Source: Macrostomum lignano
Taxonomy: Eukaryota
Direction: 5' to 3'
Assembly: GCA_002269645.1 (NCBI GenBank)
Contig: NIVC01000604.1
Span: 124,001 to 188,000, forward strand
Length of the DNA: 64,000 nucleotides
In this document: one piece after another, positions 12,365-26,383 of the stretch
Layout of the letters: every line of letters begins with the position of its first letter
Position numbering within the stretch: the first letter of the stretch is position 1
Position numbers and translations under genes: made by a program
Notes under the pieces: generated by a model
The model's input: only the letters and a program-made list of their open reading frames with translations
Databases searched by the model: none
What the model was told of the DNA's origin: nothing

Positions 12365-13771
12365 GCACTGAAACTCTAACAACGCTTTTCCATGAGCTGC
12401 TCCGCAATTGGCCCGGCAGAATTGGTTTAGCAAGAATAAATCTGCTAAACCCTAATTAGCATAAAGCTACTGGATTACAAAAATTAGGCTTTTAATCCCC
12501 ATCCCCGTGTCGAAAATCAAGTCCGCATAGTAGGGGATATTCTATTGCAGCCTTCCCGATCGTGTCTTCCCTTCTGCCACCCAACCCCGGGGATAAGCTC
12601 TCAGTCTTATCAGCTATAGCCAGTGCAAACAGGCTGCCCTTATGCTGCGGCCGTGGGGAAGCAATCGCATTTGAGACGGAAGGCCGAACTGGTGCTGAGG
12701 TGCCTCGCTGCTCTTTAAAGTCCCCCCCCGAGCCTCTCGGGCCGCTAACTGCCGCAGCCGCCGCCTACGATAAAAAACCGAGAAAGACACAGAGAGAGAG
12801 GCTGAAGCCGCGCGATCATAAATCTTTGCTCGAATCCTCTCTCTCCTATAGGGACGATTTTTTTCAGCGCCCATCCTCTCAAGCGCCGCTTCGGGAGGCA
12901 CTCAGGCGCCCCCGCACCCTGTTTGACTCTGCAGCAGCAGCTGCCTGCGTGCGCAAAGGTTTTGCTGAGGCGAGCGGCTGTCTTCGCGTTAAAAGAGAGA
13001 GAGGAAGGCAGGGGTAGCTTAGTGTCAGGGGACAGCTGAGTTGCTGTGCGGTTGCCACGGCGTTGGGAGGGGGCACAGAGGCTACGGGAGGTGCTGGGGG
13101 GATCACGGACCCAACCACAGGCAACCTCTGGCCTCCCCGCAGGCCGCAGTCAGGTACGCGCGGGGCCGCGGACGGGGGCCGAATCCCATGCAGCGGCGGC
13201 CGCGCCTCGATCAAAGAGGGACAGCGGGCGATATCAGAAAACGGGGCCTGCTGCGGGCGGCCCGGCCGGGTCTCTTAAAATTTACAGTCGCCTCGTGCCA
13301 GATTTACGAGCTCAGCCTCCCCCATCCTCTCCATCGCGCCTCTGTCTCCCGTGTCTCCGCTGCTCGCGGCCCCTCCAGTCCTCGCGTGATTTACAATGAG
13401 CGGCCGCCCTCCCCTGTCTCTGTCTCCCTGTCCTCCTAGGGATTTCTTCCCGCAGCTCGCATTGGGGGGATAAGGACCTGGGGACGGGAGGATATTTTTC
13501 CTCTACTTCCAGGCCGAGCTTCTTTGCAAGCTCCTCTTGACAGATGAAGCGGTGCTAAAAAATGGGAGAGAAGAACGCAGGGCTCTCTCTCTCGTTTCTG
13601 CAACCGCCCGCCTGTTGCCCGAACTCTGCAGGCCTTGCTTAAAAAGCTGCCTGAAAATGTTTAATTAAGGTTGTAAATCTTTACGTTTTAAGAGCTGCAT
13701 TTCTGCATGTCAAAACACATTTTCGTAGACTCGATGGATCCTCAATCTGGTTTTTCTACGTGCCAATACTC

Positions 13772-14818
13772 GGTCAAGACCCAAAGGGGGCGGATCCCCG
13801 GAGGTCAAGACACAAAGGGGGCGGATCCCCGGAGGTCAAGACCCAAAGGGGGCGGATCCCTGGAGGTCAAGACCCAAAGAGGGGGCGGATCCCCGGAGTT
13901 CAAGACCCAAAGGGGCGGATCCCAGGAGGTCAAGACCCAAAGGGGGCGGATCCCCGGAGGTCAAGACCCAAAGGGGGCGGATCCCCGGAGGTCAAGACCC
14001 AAAGGGGGCGGATCCCCGGAGGTCAAGACCCAAAGGGGGCGGATCCCCGGAGGTCAAGACCCAAAGGGGGCGGATCCCCGGAGGTCAAGACACAAAGGGG
14101 GCGGATCCCCGGAGGTCAAGACCCAAAGAGGGCGGATCCCAGGAGGTCAAGACCCAAAGGGGGCGGATCCCCAGAGGTCAAGACACAAAGGGGGCGGATC
14201 CCCGGAGGTCAAGACTCAAAGGGGGCGGATCCCCGGAGGTCAAGACACAAAGGGGGCGGATCCCCGGAGGTCAACACCCAAAGGGGGCGGATCCCAGGAG
14301 GTCAAGACCCAAAGGGGGCGGATCCCAGGAGGTCAAGACCCAAAGGGGGCGGATCCCCGGAGGTCAACACCCAAAGGAGGCGGATCCCAGGAGGTCAAGA
14401 CCCAAAGGGGGCGGATCCCCAGAGGTCAAGACCCAAAGGGGGCGGATCCCCAGAGGTCAAGACACAAAGGGGGCGGATCCCAGGAGGTCAAGACCCAAAG
14501 GGGGCGGATCCCCAGAGGTCAAGACCCAAAGGGGGCGGATCCCCAGAGGTCAAGACCCAAAGGGGGCGGATCCCAGGAGGTCAAGACCCAAAGGGGGCGG
14601 ATCCCCAGAGGTCAAGACCCAAAGGGGGCGGATCCCCAGAGGTCAAGACACAAAGGGGGGATCCTGGGAGGTTAAAAATTAAAAGGAGCGGATAATGGGG
14701 AGTCAAGACCCAAAGGAGGCTCCCGGTTGGTCAAGACCCAAAGGGGGGCGGATCCCAGGCGTCAAGACCCAAAGGGGGGCGGATCCCAGGTGTCAAGACC
14801 CAAAGGGAGCGGATCCCC
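13772..14818. repeat. 31-bp minisatellite (about 32 copies)
   Basis: Unit GGGGGCGGATCCCCGGAGGTCAAGACCCAAA. Confidence 0.95.
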
Positions 14819-16176
14819 CTTTAATTTGTTTATAAAATGATTTTTTCTGAATTTAGGAGAAGAGAAGAGATTCTTAACATAGACGGAAGAATCGAGAGAG
14901 GCGAGCAGAGAAAGTCAAGATTTTTCATAGATTGCAATTGTTACAATGTTGCCTTAGTTAGATTATTCTATACATTGTCAAATGAGTCTATGAAAGCATT
15001 TATAAGGCACTTGGAGATCCTTCGGTCGAAAAACTGGGATCATAAATCAATCAGATCGAGATCGCTGCTGAATTCATATCGAGCCCTAAACCGCTATATA
15101 CCGGCTCAACTGTTTCCATAGACACCCGCAGACACCCCCTGGTTTTGTATACAAACTGAGCCCAATGGTGGCCTATGACTCCATGGGGGACTGCACTGTG
15201 TGCCGAAGGATAAGGAGGAGGAAGGTGGTCCGAGGGGGGGGGCACTGCTTGACGTTTGACCCCCCCCCCCTCGATTCGCAGGGCGCAGATCTTGGCAATA
15301 AATCAGCTTCAATATCGCTGCAGTTTGTCGCTTAGTTTTGCAGAAGAAGCAAGCAAAATAGGCCGGCCGGCCAACTTGAAACTCCGCGCCTTGTGTCCCG
15401 ACCAGCCCCCTCATCGCACTGATAGGCCGGCCCGATAAAATCCCAGAGCGCCGCGGCGGCCCCTTGTTAGCGGCGCTAAAATCTCTGAAGAGAAAACTTG
15501 CCCCCCCCCCACTTTCCCAATTCCCACGAATTCTGGCCGCCAAGGCTCGCCTGAGTCAATTTATGACCTCCGTTGGTGAGGAAGCAAGCAAACTTCCTCA
15601 AGATCCAAGAGCGGTTTCCCCCTCTGTCTTAAACGCAGTGGCGAGGTTCCTTTATTAACTATATAGAGGTCTGGAAGTCCACAACTGCCTACAGGAACAA
15701 CAGCTGGACAGCTGCTGACTTCGGGCCTTGGACGCATCCAGCGGGGGTTGTAAATCGACCAAAGAATCGCTGGACATCAGGGGCCACAATGCGACGCCTA
15801 CATAAAAGCTTGCATTCACTGTGCTGAGGGAATCGTGTTATGGCAGGAGCTTGGGAAAACAAATTTCCAATCGAATGGTTTGATATAGCGATAGGGAGAA
15901 CCGAGGCCAGGTAGCTGACAGAGTGCGGGCTCTGCACTCACTCACTCTCAATGCTGTAGACTAATAGTACTGGCTCTTTCCGCACGCAACACCGACTCTC
16001 AACCAGGGCTGGGCGAGTATTGAGTTCAGTCACTTCCAAGTACCGACACTGAGTACTCGCCCAGCCCTTTGCATAATTTACATCGCACAAATGCAGTACA
16101 ATGAGCCTCTTTCTTAATCTTCAACTTTAAGGGGAGAATCACTTCATAAAAGTTGATTTGCTGCCTTTTCTAAGAA

Positions 16177-16204
16177 GAGAGGAGAGGAGAGGAGAGAGGA
16201 GAGG

Positions 16205-16278
<74 letters not shown>
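16177..16278. repeat. (GA)n / (GAGAG)n microsatellite
   Basis: Direct observation. Confidence 0.95.
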
Positions 16279-16280
<2 letters not shown>

Positions 16281-19200
16281 GGTCAGAGTTTTCCGACCCC
16301 TACTTTACCATCTCTTTTCTACCCACTCTAATCTCTACTCCTCTACTCTACATCTCTTCCAAAGCTCCGAGACCAATCAGCATTCAACATTCACGAACGA
16401 TGCTGGGTTTTGCTCGTTTTTCCGCACCCTCTGCTCTCTCTGTTCTTCTCTGTTCTCTCCCATCTCTCTGGCTCAAATACAGGTTCATCGCACTAATGGC
16501 TAGCCCGGAAGAGAGCCACTATTTCACTTTTTATGACTATCATGGGATTTGAGAGCTGCGGTGGGGATGCGGATCCTTCCAGTACCTGTGCGGTGGGATC
16601 CCCCCTCTCTCTCTCTCTCTCTCTCTTCCCACCGGCTCCATCAACTTGATAATCACTGGATTACCGGAATCTCGGGATGGCCCAAGCCCAGGGGAACCCT
16701 TAACTAAGCCATCAGCGGCGCCGCAGAAACACACACAAATGCAGAGTCAGGTGTCGCAGGGCAGGTACCATGCAGAATGCTAAAAGCCCGGCTGCAGGGA
16801 CATCAGGGAGCTTATATTGCCGTTGAGGAAGCTGGCTGTGCCTTCTTTATTGCCCTCTCTCCCTGCATCTGCCTTAAACCTGCCTCGGACCCTGCGCTGC
16901 GCTCCTTTTGCTCCGCAACTCTCTCATCTCTCAGGGAGGCGCATAAAAATTGCGTTATTGCTTGCCGCCAATTGCCGTCCGCCCATGGATGCTGCAGGCT
17001 TGAGACACAAAATATGTGCGTTGCAAAAGCAAAGCACCCAAAATCTCCCCAAGAGCTGTGACTGCAGTTTTGCTAATGCAATATTTAAGGGATCTGGCCG
17101 CGCTAATCTCCTGTGGTCCATTAGAGCATTACCTGTGTCATTTGTGCCTTTCAGAGGTACAAGCCCAGGAGAGAACATTTGTAATGTGTATGCATAGATT
17201 GATTGCAGAACTGGCAGGATCAGGATTTTAGATTTCAGCCAAAATTGCAGTCAGTCAGTTTCTCATCGGGAACTCGGTGAGCAATGCCGGCTCGACAACA
17301 GGAGGGCTGTATACAGGCCACAGCACGCCATAATTGTGTTTATACCGATGCCGCCTGCTTGGTAACCAACGACGCAAAACTGAGAAAATTTAACAAATCA
17401 AGAATGAAAAATGGAAAATTTAGATAGATGCTATATAGAACGGCCTGAAAATCTGACTCACTGCTGTCACTGCGCAGCCTGTATCACTTTCTCTCTGTAC
17501 CTGTTGGATGTCAAAATTCTGTAACTGTCGCTTAAAATCGCCGATGCGAAACTGACTCGTACTATGGTTTGAATATTCAGAATTTAGCCTATACAGATTA
17601 CATAATATTCATTTTATATTTTGCATTAGAAGAAGTTGCAAACTATGGAACAATGCACAGTTCTATTGTTGTACTGGTATGCATGTGCATTGTACATTGT
17701 CTTGAAGGAAAATTAGGAAAAAACATATTTGATGCGATATAGAGTTAGAAGTCTGTTGCACAACATCTGCAGGCCACACACGGGAACTGCCAACACTGCC
17801 CAACGGTTGAAAAATATTCCCCATTCGTGTTGACTGAAAAGGAGCGATGTGAAGACATTTATGACGCAATAGGGTCGGCCTCCGCTTGCATATTGATTTA
17901 GCTGCCTGCCGCTTGTTGCCGCTGAGGTCCGGCCGTCTTATAGGTGTTAAGCAAGCACACACAAACACACCAACAGGCTCCGATTGGGGACAATTTAATA
18001 AGTGACAAAAATCAGTGTCAAAGTATCTCTCGCTTGAGTGCCATCCAAGCAGTAAAGTCGTATATAAAAACATACACTATGTACGGATGGTAAGACCTTA
18101 TTGAATTGGGCTATACGCCTTAGTTATAGTTGCTAGGCCAAATATTATTCATTCGGCAGGGGTCCACGGGAGCGGGAAAAGACAAATTCATAGCCAAACT
18201 GCTGCATCGATACAGCCCAAGGAGCTGTGAAGTCAAGCGGAGCAAAAATTAAAGCTAAAATATAATAGTAGGGCCTCAGGGCTGTTTTTTGTTTAACTGT
18301 TGAGCCCATGGACGCCTGAGGCTAGAAATCTGGATTGGAGAGTAAAGAACTTATTCAGCTTTTAAATTTATTGAGGTCCCTACTGTGAGAAGTCGAATCG
18401 GATGTACTTTTCCGCAGCATTGAAGCCATATTTTATGTATTGAATATAATGCAACCTTTATTTTGGTTGCTCATTCTCTTGTGAAAACTCCCAGCTGTGC
18501 CCATTTTGCAGTGTTGTTACAGTTTTACAGTTTTCCTAAAAAAGAGTTGAGCAACCTTGCTCAGCCTTGCTCAAGCCTTCGCCAGTTTGGCTTGAGGAAG
18601 GCCATCATGTCATGAGTTGCAGAGATAGAGTTCTTACATTCCAAAATACATTAATCACTGATTATACCCAGTCACTCAGTCTATTACAATGTAGCAAAAC
18701 TGGTCTCTGGGCTTCTGGCTCTGTGCGCGCACGGTTACTAACTTTGTTTTTGCAGAAGACTTCCTACATAACGGAAACTGGGGGGCCTAGCGGGGCGCTG
18801 GGATTGGGGGAAACTGTGTTCCATTGTTTGAACTTGTTACAATCCCAGTTTGATCAGTAACAAAAAGCATAGCACCTTGCACACCTGTGCGCATAATACC
18901 GGTGTGTGTATATTTGTTGTTCGCCATTTTAACAACACATTTATTATATAGAATCTGAATTAGCATAATCGCTACAGACACATATTACTGCGCAAACTGC
19001 AAATCGGTGTCTCGGGTCTCGGGAGGGATAGCCATTTGCCCCATTAGTGTGGAGAAGGTCCTCCGTCCTGGGAGCTCCGCCGCGCTGGCCCCCTGTCGAA
19101 TGGCGGGCCGCAGCGGGGCGCCACCCCCCGGCCAGCACTGCGCCCGCCAGCCAATGGCGCGCCTGGGTCGGCATTCCTTTCATGTCTGCGCCCCCACCCT

Positions 19201-19380
19201 GCCACCGCTGCCCCACCCCCACCTCCCCAGCTTAAGGGGTTGTGCGCTTTAACAACTTCACCCGCAGGCCACCGCAATTGCCATTTCTCAGCGCCAGCCT
19301 TATCTATCTATCTGTGCCCGCTTTGTCGCAGTTTTCACCGGCCCTTTCAACCTTGCCGCCAGTCTGTTTGCTCACCTGCA

Positions 19381-19397
19381 CTAATTTATAAAATTAG
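19381..19397 (+). promoter_or_regulatory. Candidate TATA-like palindrome upstream of the Cdx ATG
   Basis: CTAATTT-ATA-AAATTAG contains TATAAAA and lies about 70 bp before ATG 19466; a CCAAT occurs near 19151. Function is inferred only. Confidence 0.3.
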
Positions 19398-19465
19398 CGA
19401 ACTTTTTCTTGCTAACTTAAATCCTCGACCGCTAAGCAAGCCCACAGCGAGTACAGGTGAGAGCG

Positions 19466-22400
19466 ATGACGATGACTGACACCTGGGCTCCGCTTGGCCC
19501 GGCTGCCGCCTACCCAGCCTGCAGGTGCGCCTACTGCCTGCAGACTCAGCCGGCCCGCCCCACCTGCGGCTGCCCGGACTGCCTGCGCAAGTGGAACTGC
19601 GGCAGCCTCGGCGCCGCAGCCGCCGCCATGGCCGCCAGCTCGTCCTCCGCGTCCAACGCCCACCTGCCGACCTCGGCCACCACGCCGCCTGCAGTGGCTT
19701 CCGCAGCGGCGGCGGCGGCGGCAGCGGCGGCAGCAGGCGGCGGCGGCATGATCCCTCACAGCTGGAGCTCCTCCGGAGTCGCTGCCCAGTTCATCCAGCA
19801 GCAGCAGCAGCAGCAGCAGCAACACCCCGCGCAGCAGCCGCCTCTGGCGCCTCCGACACACTTCCAGTCTCTGCGGCAGCCTCATGAGCCGCATCACAGC
19901 TCCCAGCAGCATCATCAGCAGCAGCACGTACAGACTCAGCTTCAGCAGCAGCAGCAGCAGCAGCAGCGGTCCCCGCACTTCCTGGTGTCCAGCCAGCCCG
20001 CGGTGCAGGCATCCACCGACCCCGCCAGCTCGGACGAGGCGCTCTCGCCGCTGCACCAGGAGGACATGGAAGACGCCATGGGCATGAAGGAGGCCTCCAA
20101 GCTGCAGCAGGAAATTGTCAAAGCCTGGAAGCAGAAGAAGCGGCCAAACTGCGGTGAGTTGATTGCTCATAGATTTCCCTCGTAAAAGTATAAGTCTGTA
20201 ATTAAAAAGGCAGACAAGAATTTTCTAAATCTCGTTTCCACTTCCAAGCTTCTAATTTCATCTCAATAGCAGTTCTCACGCATGTAAGGGGGGTCCCGGA
20301 GAAAATTAGGGGGGTCATGACCCCCCCCCCGGAAAAATCCTAGATCGCCAAATTTGCCAATAGCTGCCAATAAAATTCCGTCTAGACGGGCTGGGCTGCA
20401 TGGCCTGCCATTGTAGTTATTTTGTAATTCGAAACTAAACTTTGAGAGCTTTGGGTTGATAGCTGCAGCTGGGAGTCTGGAATGGATACAAATGCATTCG
20501 CTGCATCATGGCTCCGGCACAACCTTAATATAAGCTGCATGTCTGTATCCGTTTCATCAAGGTGGCAACAAAAATATTTCAAACAATTTTCAATTGAATT
20601 TCACAACTTTGCGGAATGCAGAGTTTCATTTCTCAGTTAAATTGATATTTTTTATTGTAGCAATATCAGCCTAAGCATTCTGCGCACCTCACCCCCCCCC
20701 CCTAGACTAACAGTTTTCTCGTGGAGGGTCAAATGACCTCCCCTGGGCCCTGACTCCCTCTTGATGCGGCACTAGGTTCAGTACTTTTGTGTGATGGAGG
20801 AAATGCAATTCATTTTCCCAGTATGATCCTCATCATCCCAGTCACAATTGTCCATACAGTTTATCTCAGAACCCATTCGTTCCGGATTATAGATGATGAG
20901 CATGAGGATGCAGATGCAGATCGAGCAGCGTATTTTTCAAATCGCGTCCCACGAGACCCGTGAGATCCATAGCGGCATTCAAAGATGCCCAGACTCAGAA
21001 GTCACTATATAGGCATAGCAATGCCATCCTTGAGGCCAGCTGCTTTATTGGGTCCCAAATTAGCATAAAAATGCTGTAAATTTCCTGAGAAGCCGGCTGG
21101 CTGGGCGAAGGGGAGACTCTCAGTGCTCATGGCGACCTCCTCCAGGGCAGCAGCTCAGAGTTCGGTGTGCTCCAATTATAATTTGTGCTTCCCATATATT
21201 AAGGATGCTCAGGTTCCCATTCTCGCTTTCAAATCCATCAACTTCAGAGTTTGGGCGGTCAAACTCCTCGAATTTGATTGAGTTATCGACTCTGATGGCT
21301 GCCGCTAGCAGATACAACGGGTAACTTGGATCCAGTTCATTGGAGAACTCGAATTTCGAAATAAATTACTAATGCAATTTAGAACTGCATGCGTTGGAAT
21401 TACAAAATTTATTCGAGTCAACAATCAGAAATCGGGTTTGACTTTTTAGAAATCGGGATTCAATATTATAAAATCAGGATTTGACACTTAGAAATCGGGA
21501 TTCAATATTATGAAATCAGGATTTGACACTTAGAAATCGGGACTCAATATTTAGAAATCGGGATGCAGTATTCGAAAATCAGGATTTAATAATCGGAAAT
21601 CGGGATTTTATATTAGAAATCGGGATTCAATATTTTAAAATCGGGATTCGGGATGCAATATATAGAAATCGGGACTCAATATTTAGAAATCGGGATTCAA
21701 TAATCGGAAATCGGGATTCAATAATCGGAAATCGGGATTCAATATTTAGAAATCGGAATTCAATATTTAGACATCGGGATTTGATACTAAGAAATCGGGA
21801 TTTAATATTTAGAAATCGGGAATCAATATTTAAAAATCGGGATTCAATATTTAGAAATCGGGACTCAATATTTTGAAATCAGGATTTGACACTTAAAAAT
21901 CGGGACTCAATATTTGGAAATCGGGATTCAGTATTCAGAAATCAGAATCCAATAATCGGAAATCGGGATTTTATATTAGAAATCGGGATTCAATATTTAG
22001 AAATCAGGATTCGGGATGCAATATTTAGAAATCAGGATTCGGGATGCAATATTTAGAAATCAGGATTCGGGATGCAATATTTAGAAATCGGGACTCAATA
22101 TTTAGAAATCGGGATTCAATAATCGGAAATCGGGATTCAATATTTAGAAATCGGGATTCGGGATTCAATAATCGGAAATCGGGATTCAATATTTAGAAAT
22201 CGGGATTCGGGATTCAATAATCGGAAATCGGGATTCAATATTTAGAAATCGGGATTCGGGATTCAATAATCGGAAATCGGGATTCAATATTTAGAAATCG
22301 GGATTCAATAATCGGAAATCGGGATTCGATATTTAGAAATCGGGATTCAGTATTTAGAAATCGGGATTTAATATTTAGAAATCGGGATTCAATATTTAGA

Positions 22401-25400
22401 AATCGGGATTCGGGATTCAATATTTAGAAATCGGGATTCAATATTTAGAAATCGGGATTCAATATTTAGAAATCGGGATTCAATAATCGGAAATTGGGAT
22501 TTAATATTTAGAAATCGGGATTTTAAATTGAGACAGAACGAAAATCTCTCTTTTACACAATTAAACAAATTATTAACACGTGCAAATCCTAAGGATTAAG
22601 GCAGTTGCGGCCAGCTAATCCTGCAAGCGGATTAGTGCGGTAACTGAGCGGATCGGGGCTTGGCTAAACGGATTAATTGCCAATTGACTGCGAACCGCTG
22701 CTGCCGCAGTCTCACGCTTTCTCTCTCCCTCCCTCTCTGCCTCTCCTCTCCTCTTCAGTGCAGCAGAGCTTCGAACTACCAAGGCGGCTCCCACGCCCCC
22801 CCCCCCCCCGGCGGTGTGTCTGCAGCTTGATATCGCGGTCTCCCCTTGATAGTCAGTGATATCCCAATTCTATATTAGTTAGCCCTGTTTTCCCAACAGA
22901 AGGCCCGCAGGCCGCTCCGCTCCCCCAATGGCCGTCATCAAAGAGAGGCGCCGGCAGCGGTGCGCACGCACAGCGCAGACAGGGGCGCAGCATTAAAGAA
23001 GAGCCGCATGCAGTTCTTATCGCGGTTCGGCGGGTTTTATAGCGCGGCTTAGCCGTGGCAGGTGCGCCGGGCCAGAAATTCGCTTATCTCCCCTTCCCCG
23101 CCCCGCGCCGCCTCTCTCACTTTAAGTCTGTTGTTGCATTTTGTCTGTCGGATGTTGTTAGCGCTTCTGGGCTAACAGGGAGGTCAGGGGGCTTTGCTGA
23201 GCTGCTTTTTCCGACTATGAGAGTAAAATATTTGCTTCCTTTTATGGATTGAAAATTTCCCCATTTTCACTTGTGGATTCTGGAGTGCCAGTTATTAATC
23301 TGTGGAGTGCCAGTAATTGATCTGTGGAGTGCCAGTAATTGATCTGTGGAGTGCCAGTTTTCGATTTGTGGAGTGCCAGTAATTGATCTGTGGAGTGCCA
23401 GTAATTGATCTGTGGAGTACCAGTAATTGATCTGTGGAGTACCAGTAATTGATCTGTGGGGTGCCAAAATCACACTATCCTTCAAAAAAGCAAAACTGTC
23501 AAGCAGGACTGGCGGGAAAGAATTATTTTGGAACTCATCAAAACACCATAGATATGAAATTTGAGAACACATTGTTTGGTGTTTTCGTATTAAAAAAACA
23601 GCGCACCCAAGCGCCATCAAAGCCCCTATTAGCTCTTGGCTTGCCCGCATCAAAACTCAACGACTGTGCAAGGCGAACAGCTTAGCAAACCGAGCATTGA
23701 CAGCGTTTTGACGAGATGATATTGGTACGGAATACAGGGAAGTCGCGGTTGCTGGGTTCCATAGACACCGCTCACTTTTCACTGCCTGCCCATTTAACCC
23801 TATGAACACTGTTAGCTAAAAGAGATTAAGCTAAGGGGGGTATTTGTATAAACTGAATGATAAGGATCGGATAACAGATACCTGCAGCCTCCATCATCGT
23901 ACTCACCTGCTCATTATCGGTGTGTATTCTTTAATACTTAGCCGATATTATCAGCCAATATTGGCTGAAAAGGCAGACAAATTTCACTCGCTGCTCAATG
24001 CACTGCTCAAGTTGAAATTCATTTTTTAAAGCTCCGAATAGAAGTTTCCATGGGCTTGGAACTGGTTACACTGCGCAGCTTGGAGACCTCCCGATTCCCA
24101 GACACGTCCCGGAAAATCGTTCCCACACACGCATCGCCAGCCGCTGTTGCCATCTGCATCAAGTCAAGGCGGAAAACTTAAAGGGCTGACATGGTTATAG
24201 TGAGCAGAAGTTGAGTTCGACTCGGAATAGACCGTCCCGAGGGCGGGGCTCTCGGGTTGCGACAGTTTTATGGCGCGGCGCCCAGGAGCGGAAAATCCGA
24301 TCTCTCCGATCTCAGAGAGAAGCCGCTTCTGAGCTGGGCTCTGAGTCCCTGCACTCCAACTGGGCTGCGCACCACAGTTTTCCCAAGCTTGCTTGCAACA
24401 ATATCCTGCAATGAATGCTCAAGTCAGTGTGGGGAGGCCACGAACCAAACAACCTGCGTTACATAATACATTAACAAGTTTATTGTGCCAGAGAGAAACT
24501 GATACACTTCTGGCGCCAACACTGATGCTCTGCATCCTTGCTTTTTGCCTTATCAATAATTTCCACCTTTTTTGGAACAAAAATTATTGCCAAGGCCCAG
24601 TCTCCCAACGGGATGAAAGGTGCGCGCAAGAGACGATGGGGCTGCGTCTTTGTCAAGGATGAAATATGCCTTTTTAGCTCTGCCTTTTTTACAAGCGCCG
24701 CCCATGCAGGTCCGATGGCACTTCCCCGCTGGGATTTCCTGTTGTGGTTGAACAAATTTCTGCGAATAAAGAAGCCTCTCTATTTTGGAACCGCGCGAGT
24801 TTTCAAAAAAAGCAGCAGACTTTTCAGCAGGGGGGGGGCTTGGCCTGTCTTCAAAGTGGCACAGCCCGCCTGCCTTCTCCGGCGGCCGCGGCTTCTCCGA
24901 ATTTTCCGCATCCCGCCAGCCGCCCCTTCGTTTCCCCTCTCTTTGGGGCGGGAGGCAATAAAAGTCAACTGCACGCGGCTTGCAGAAATGAGCGCCACTT
25001 TTCCGGCCTGGGGCTCTGAATATCAAAGCAATCGGGCCGCTCCCAGGTGACCGCTTGAATCCCCTGTGCCTTGGCTGCCTTCTCTTTGTGTCTTTTTACA
25101 CCGAAATTGAACTTTTTACACCGGGTTAGTGGCAGATCACTGAGGGATCGGGAGGGGTTAGCGGCAGATCACTGAGGGATCGGGAGGGGTTAGTGGCAGA
25201 TCACTGAGGGATCGGGAGGGGTTAGCGGCAGATCACTGAGGGATCGGGAGGGGTTAGTGGCAGTTCACTGACGGATCGGGAGGGGTTAGCGGCAGATCAC
25301 TGAGGGATCGGGAGGGGTTAGTGGCAGATCACTGAGGGATCGGCAGGAGTTAGCGGCAGTTCACTGAGGGATCGGGAGGGGTTAGCGGCAGTTCACTGAC

Positions 25401-26272
25401 GGATCGGGAGGGGTTAGCGGCAGTTCACTGACGGATCGGGAGGGGTTAGCGGCAGTTCACTGAGGGATCGGGATGGGTTAGCGGCAGATCACTGAGGGAT
25501 CGGGAGGGGTTAGCGGCAGTTCACTGAGGGATCGGGAGGGGTTAGTGGCAGATCACTGAGGGATCGGGAGGGGTTAGCGGCAGATCACTGAGGGATCAGG
25601 AGGGGTTAGCGGCAGTTCACTGACGGATCGGGAGGGGTTAGCGGCAGTTCACTGACGGATCGGGAGGGGTTAGCGGCAGTTCACTGACGGATCGGGAGGG
25701 GTTAGCGGCAGATCACTGAGGGATCGGGAGGGGTTAGCGGCAGTTCACTGAATGATCGGCAGGGTGTAGCGGCAGTTCACTGAAAGACCAAACTTCCACA
25801 ATGAGACAATAATGCGAGCCCGTCTTCAATTCCGCAGAGATGAAGACTCGGACTCAGGACAAGTATAGGCAGGTGTACAGCTCGCATCAGCGTTTCGAGC
25901 TGGAGAAGGAGTACCACTTTCAAAAGTACATCAGCACCGCGCGCAAATCCGAGCTATCAAAGACGCTTCGTTTGTCGGAAAGACAGGTGAGTCGGCTCAT
26001 CTTTAGCAAGTAGCATCTTGTCTGCATATAGGACGCTAAAATCTCCCCGGGTGTCCTTAGGTGACCCTATCAATAGTCGCCAACCCACCCCCGAACCGCA
26101 GATCAAGATCTGGTTCCAGAACAGGCGGGCCAAGGAGCGCCGGCAGAGGAAGAACCAGCAGCGCGGCGGCCTCCCCGAAAGTCCGCAGTCGACGCCCGAC
26201 TTGGAGCAGTTCGTGCAGGAGAGCGCAGCGCAGGAGCTCCAGCAGCAGCTGGTCAAGCAGGAGGGTCGCTAG
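19466..26272 (+). CDS. Cdx: Caudal/Cdx ParaHox homeobox transcription factor, 3 exons
   Basis: Exons 19466-20153, 25838-25986, 26102-26272 total 1008 nt (335 aa). Homeodomain region [50 protein letters not shown]|[14 protein letters not shown]; KTRT-x-DKYR-x-VY and RRAKERK/R are Cdx-diagnostic. Introns lie just before the homeobox (phase 1) and between Q and I before WFQNRR, as in other Cdx genes. Exon 1 has polyAla/polyGln tracts. The start codon is inferred. Confidence 0.92.
21425..22525. repeat. About 21-bp minisatellite, Cdx intron 1
   Basis: Unit TTTAGAAATCGGGATTCAATA with length variants. Confidence 0.95.
23275..23466. repeat. 22-bp minisatellite (about 9 copies), Cdx intron 1
   Basis: Unit GATCTGTGGAGTGCCAGTAATT. 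Confidence 0.9.
25123..25783. repeat. 32-bp minisatellite (about 20 copies), Cdx intron 1
   Basis: Unit GGGTTAGCGGCAGATCACTGAGGGATCGGGAG; ends about 55 bp before the exon 2 acceptor. Confidence 0.95.
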
Positions 26273-26383
26273 CGCCTCCCTGCAGAGCGCAGTGAGCTGA
26301 GCTTTCAATACGGCTGCATCCAGCAGCTGACAGGTGAGCTAACGCTCTTTACTTTGGAGTTTGTTTAAGCATAGCGGTGTATT

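Noticed and set aside
11799-12407. EVDN(L/Q) pentapeptide ORF and antisense IIYLQ ORF
   Set aside because: Direct translation of the 15-bp array; GTG start and no domain context.
13707-14695. Two 310-320 aa basic ORFs
   Set aside because: Translations of the 31-bp array.
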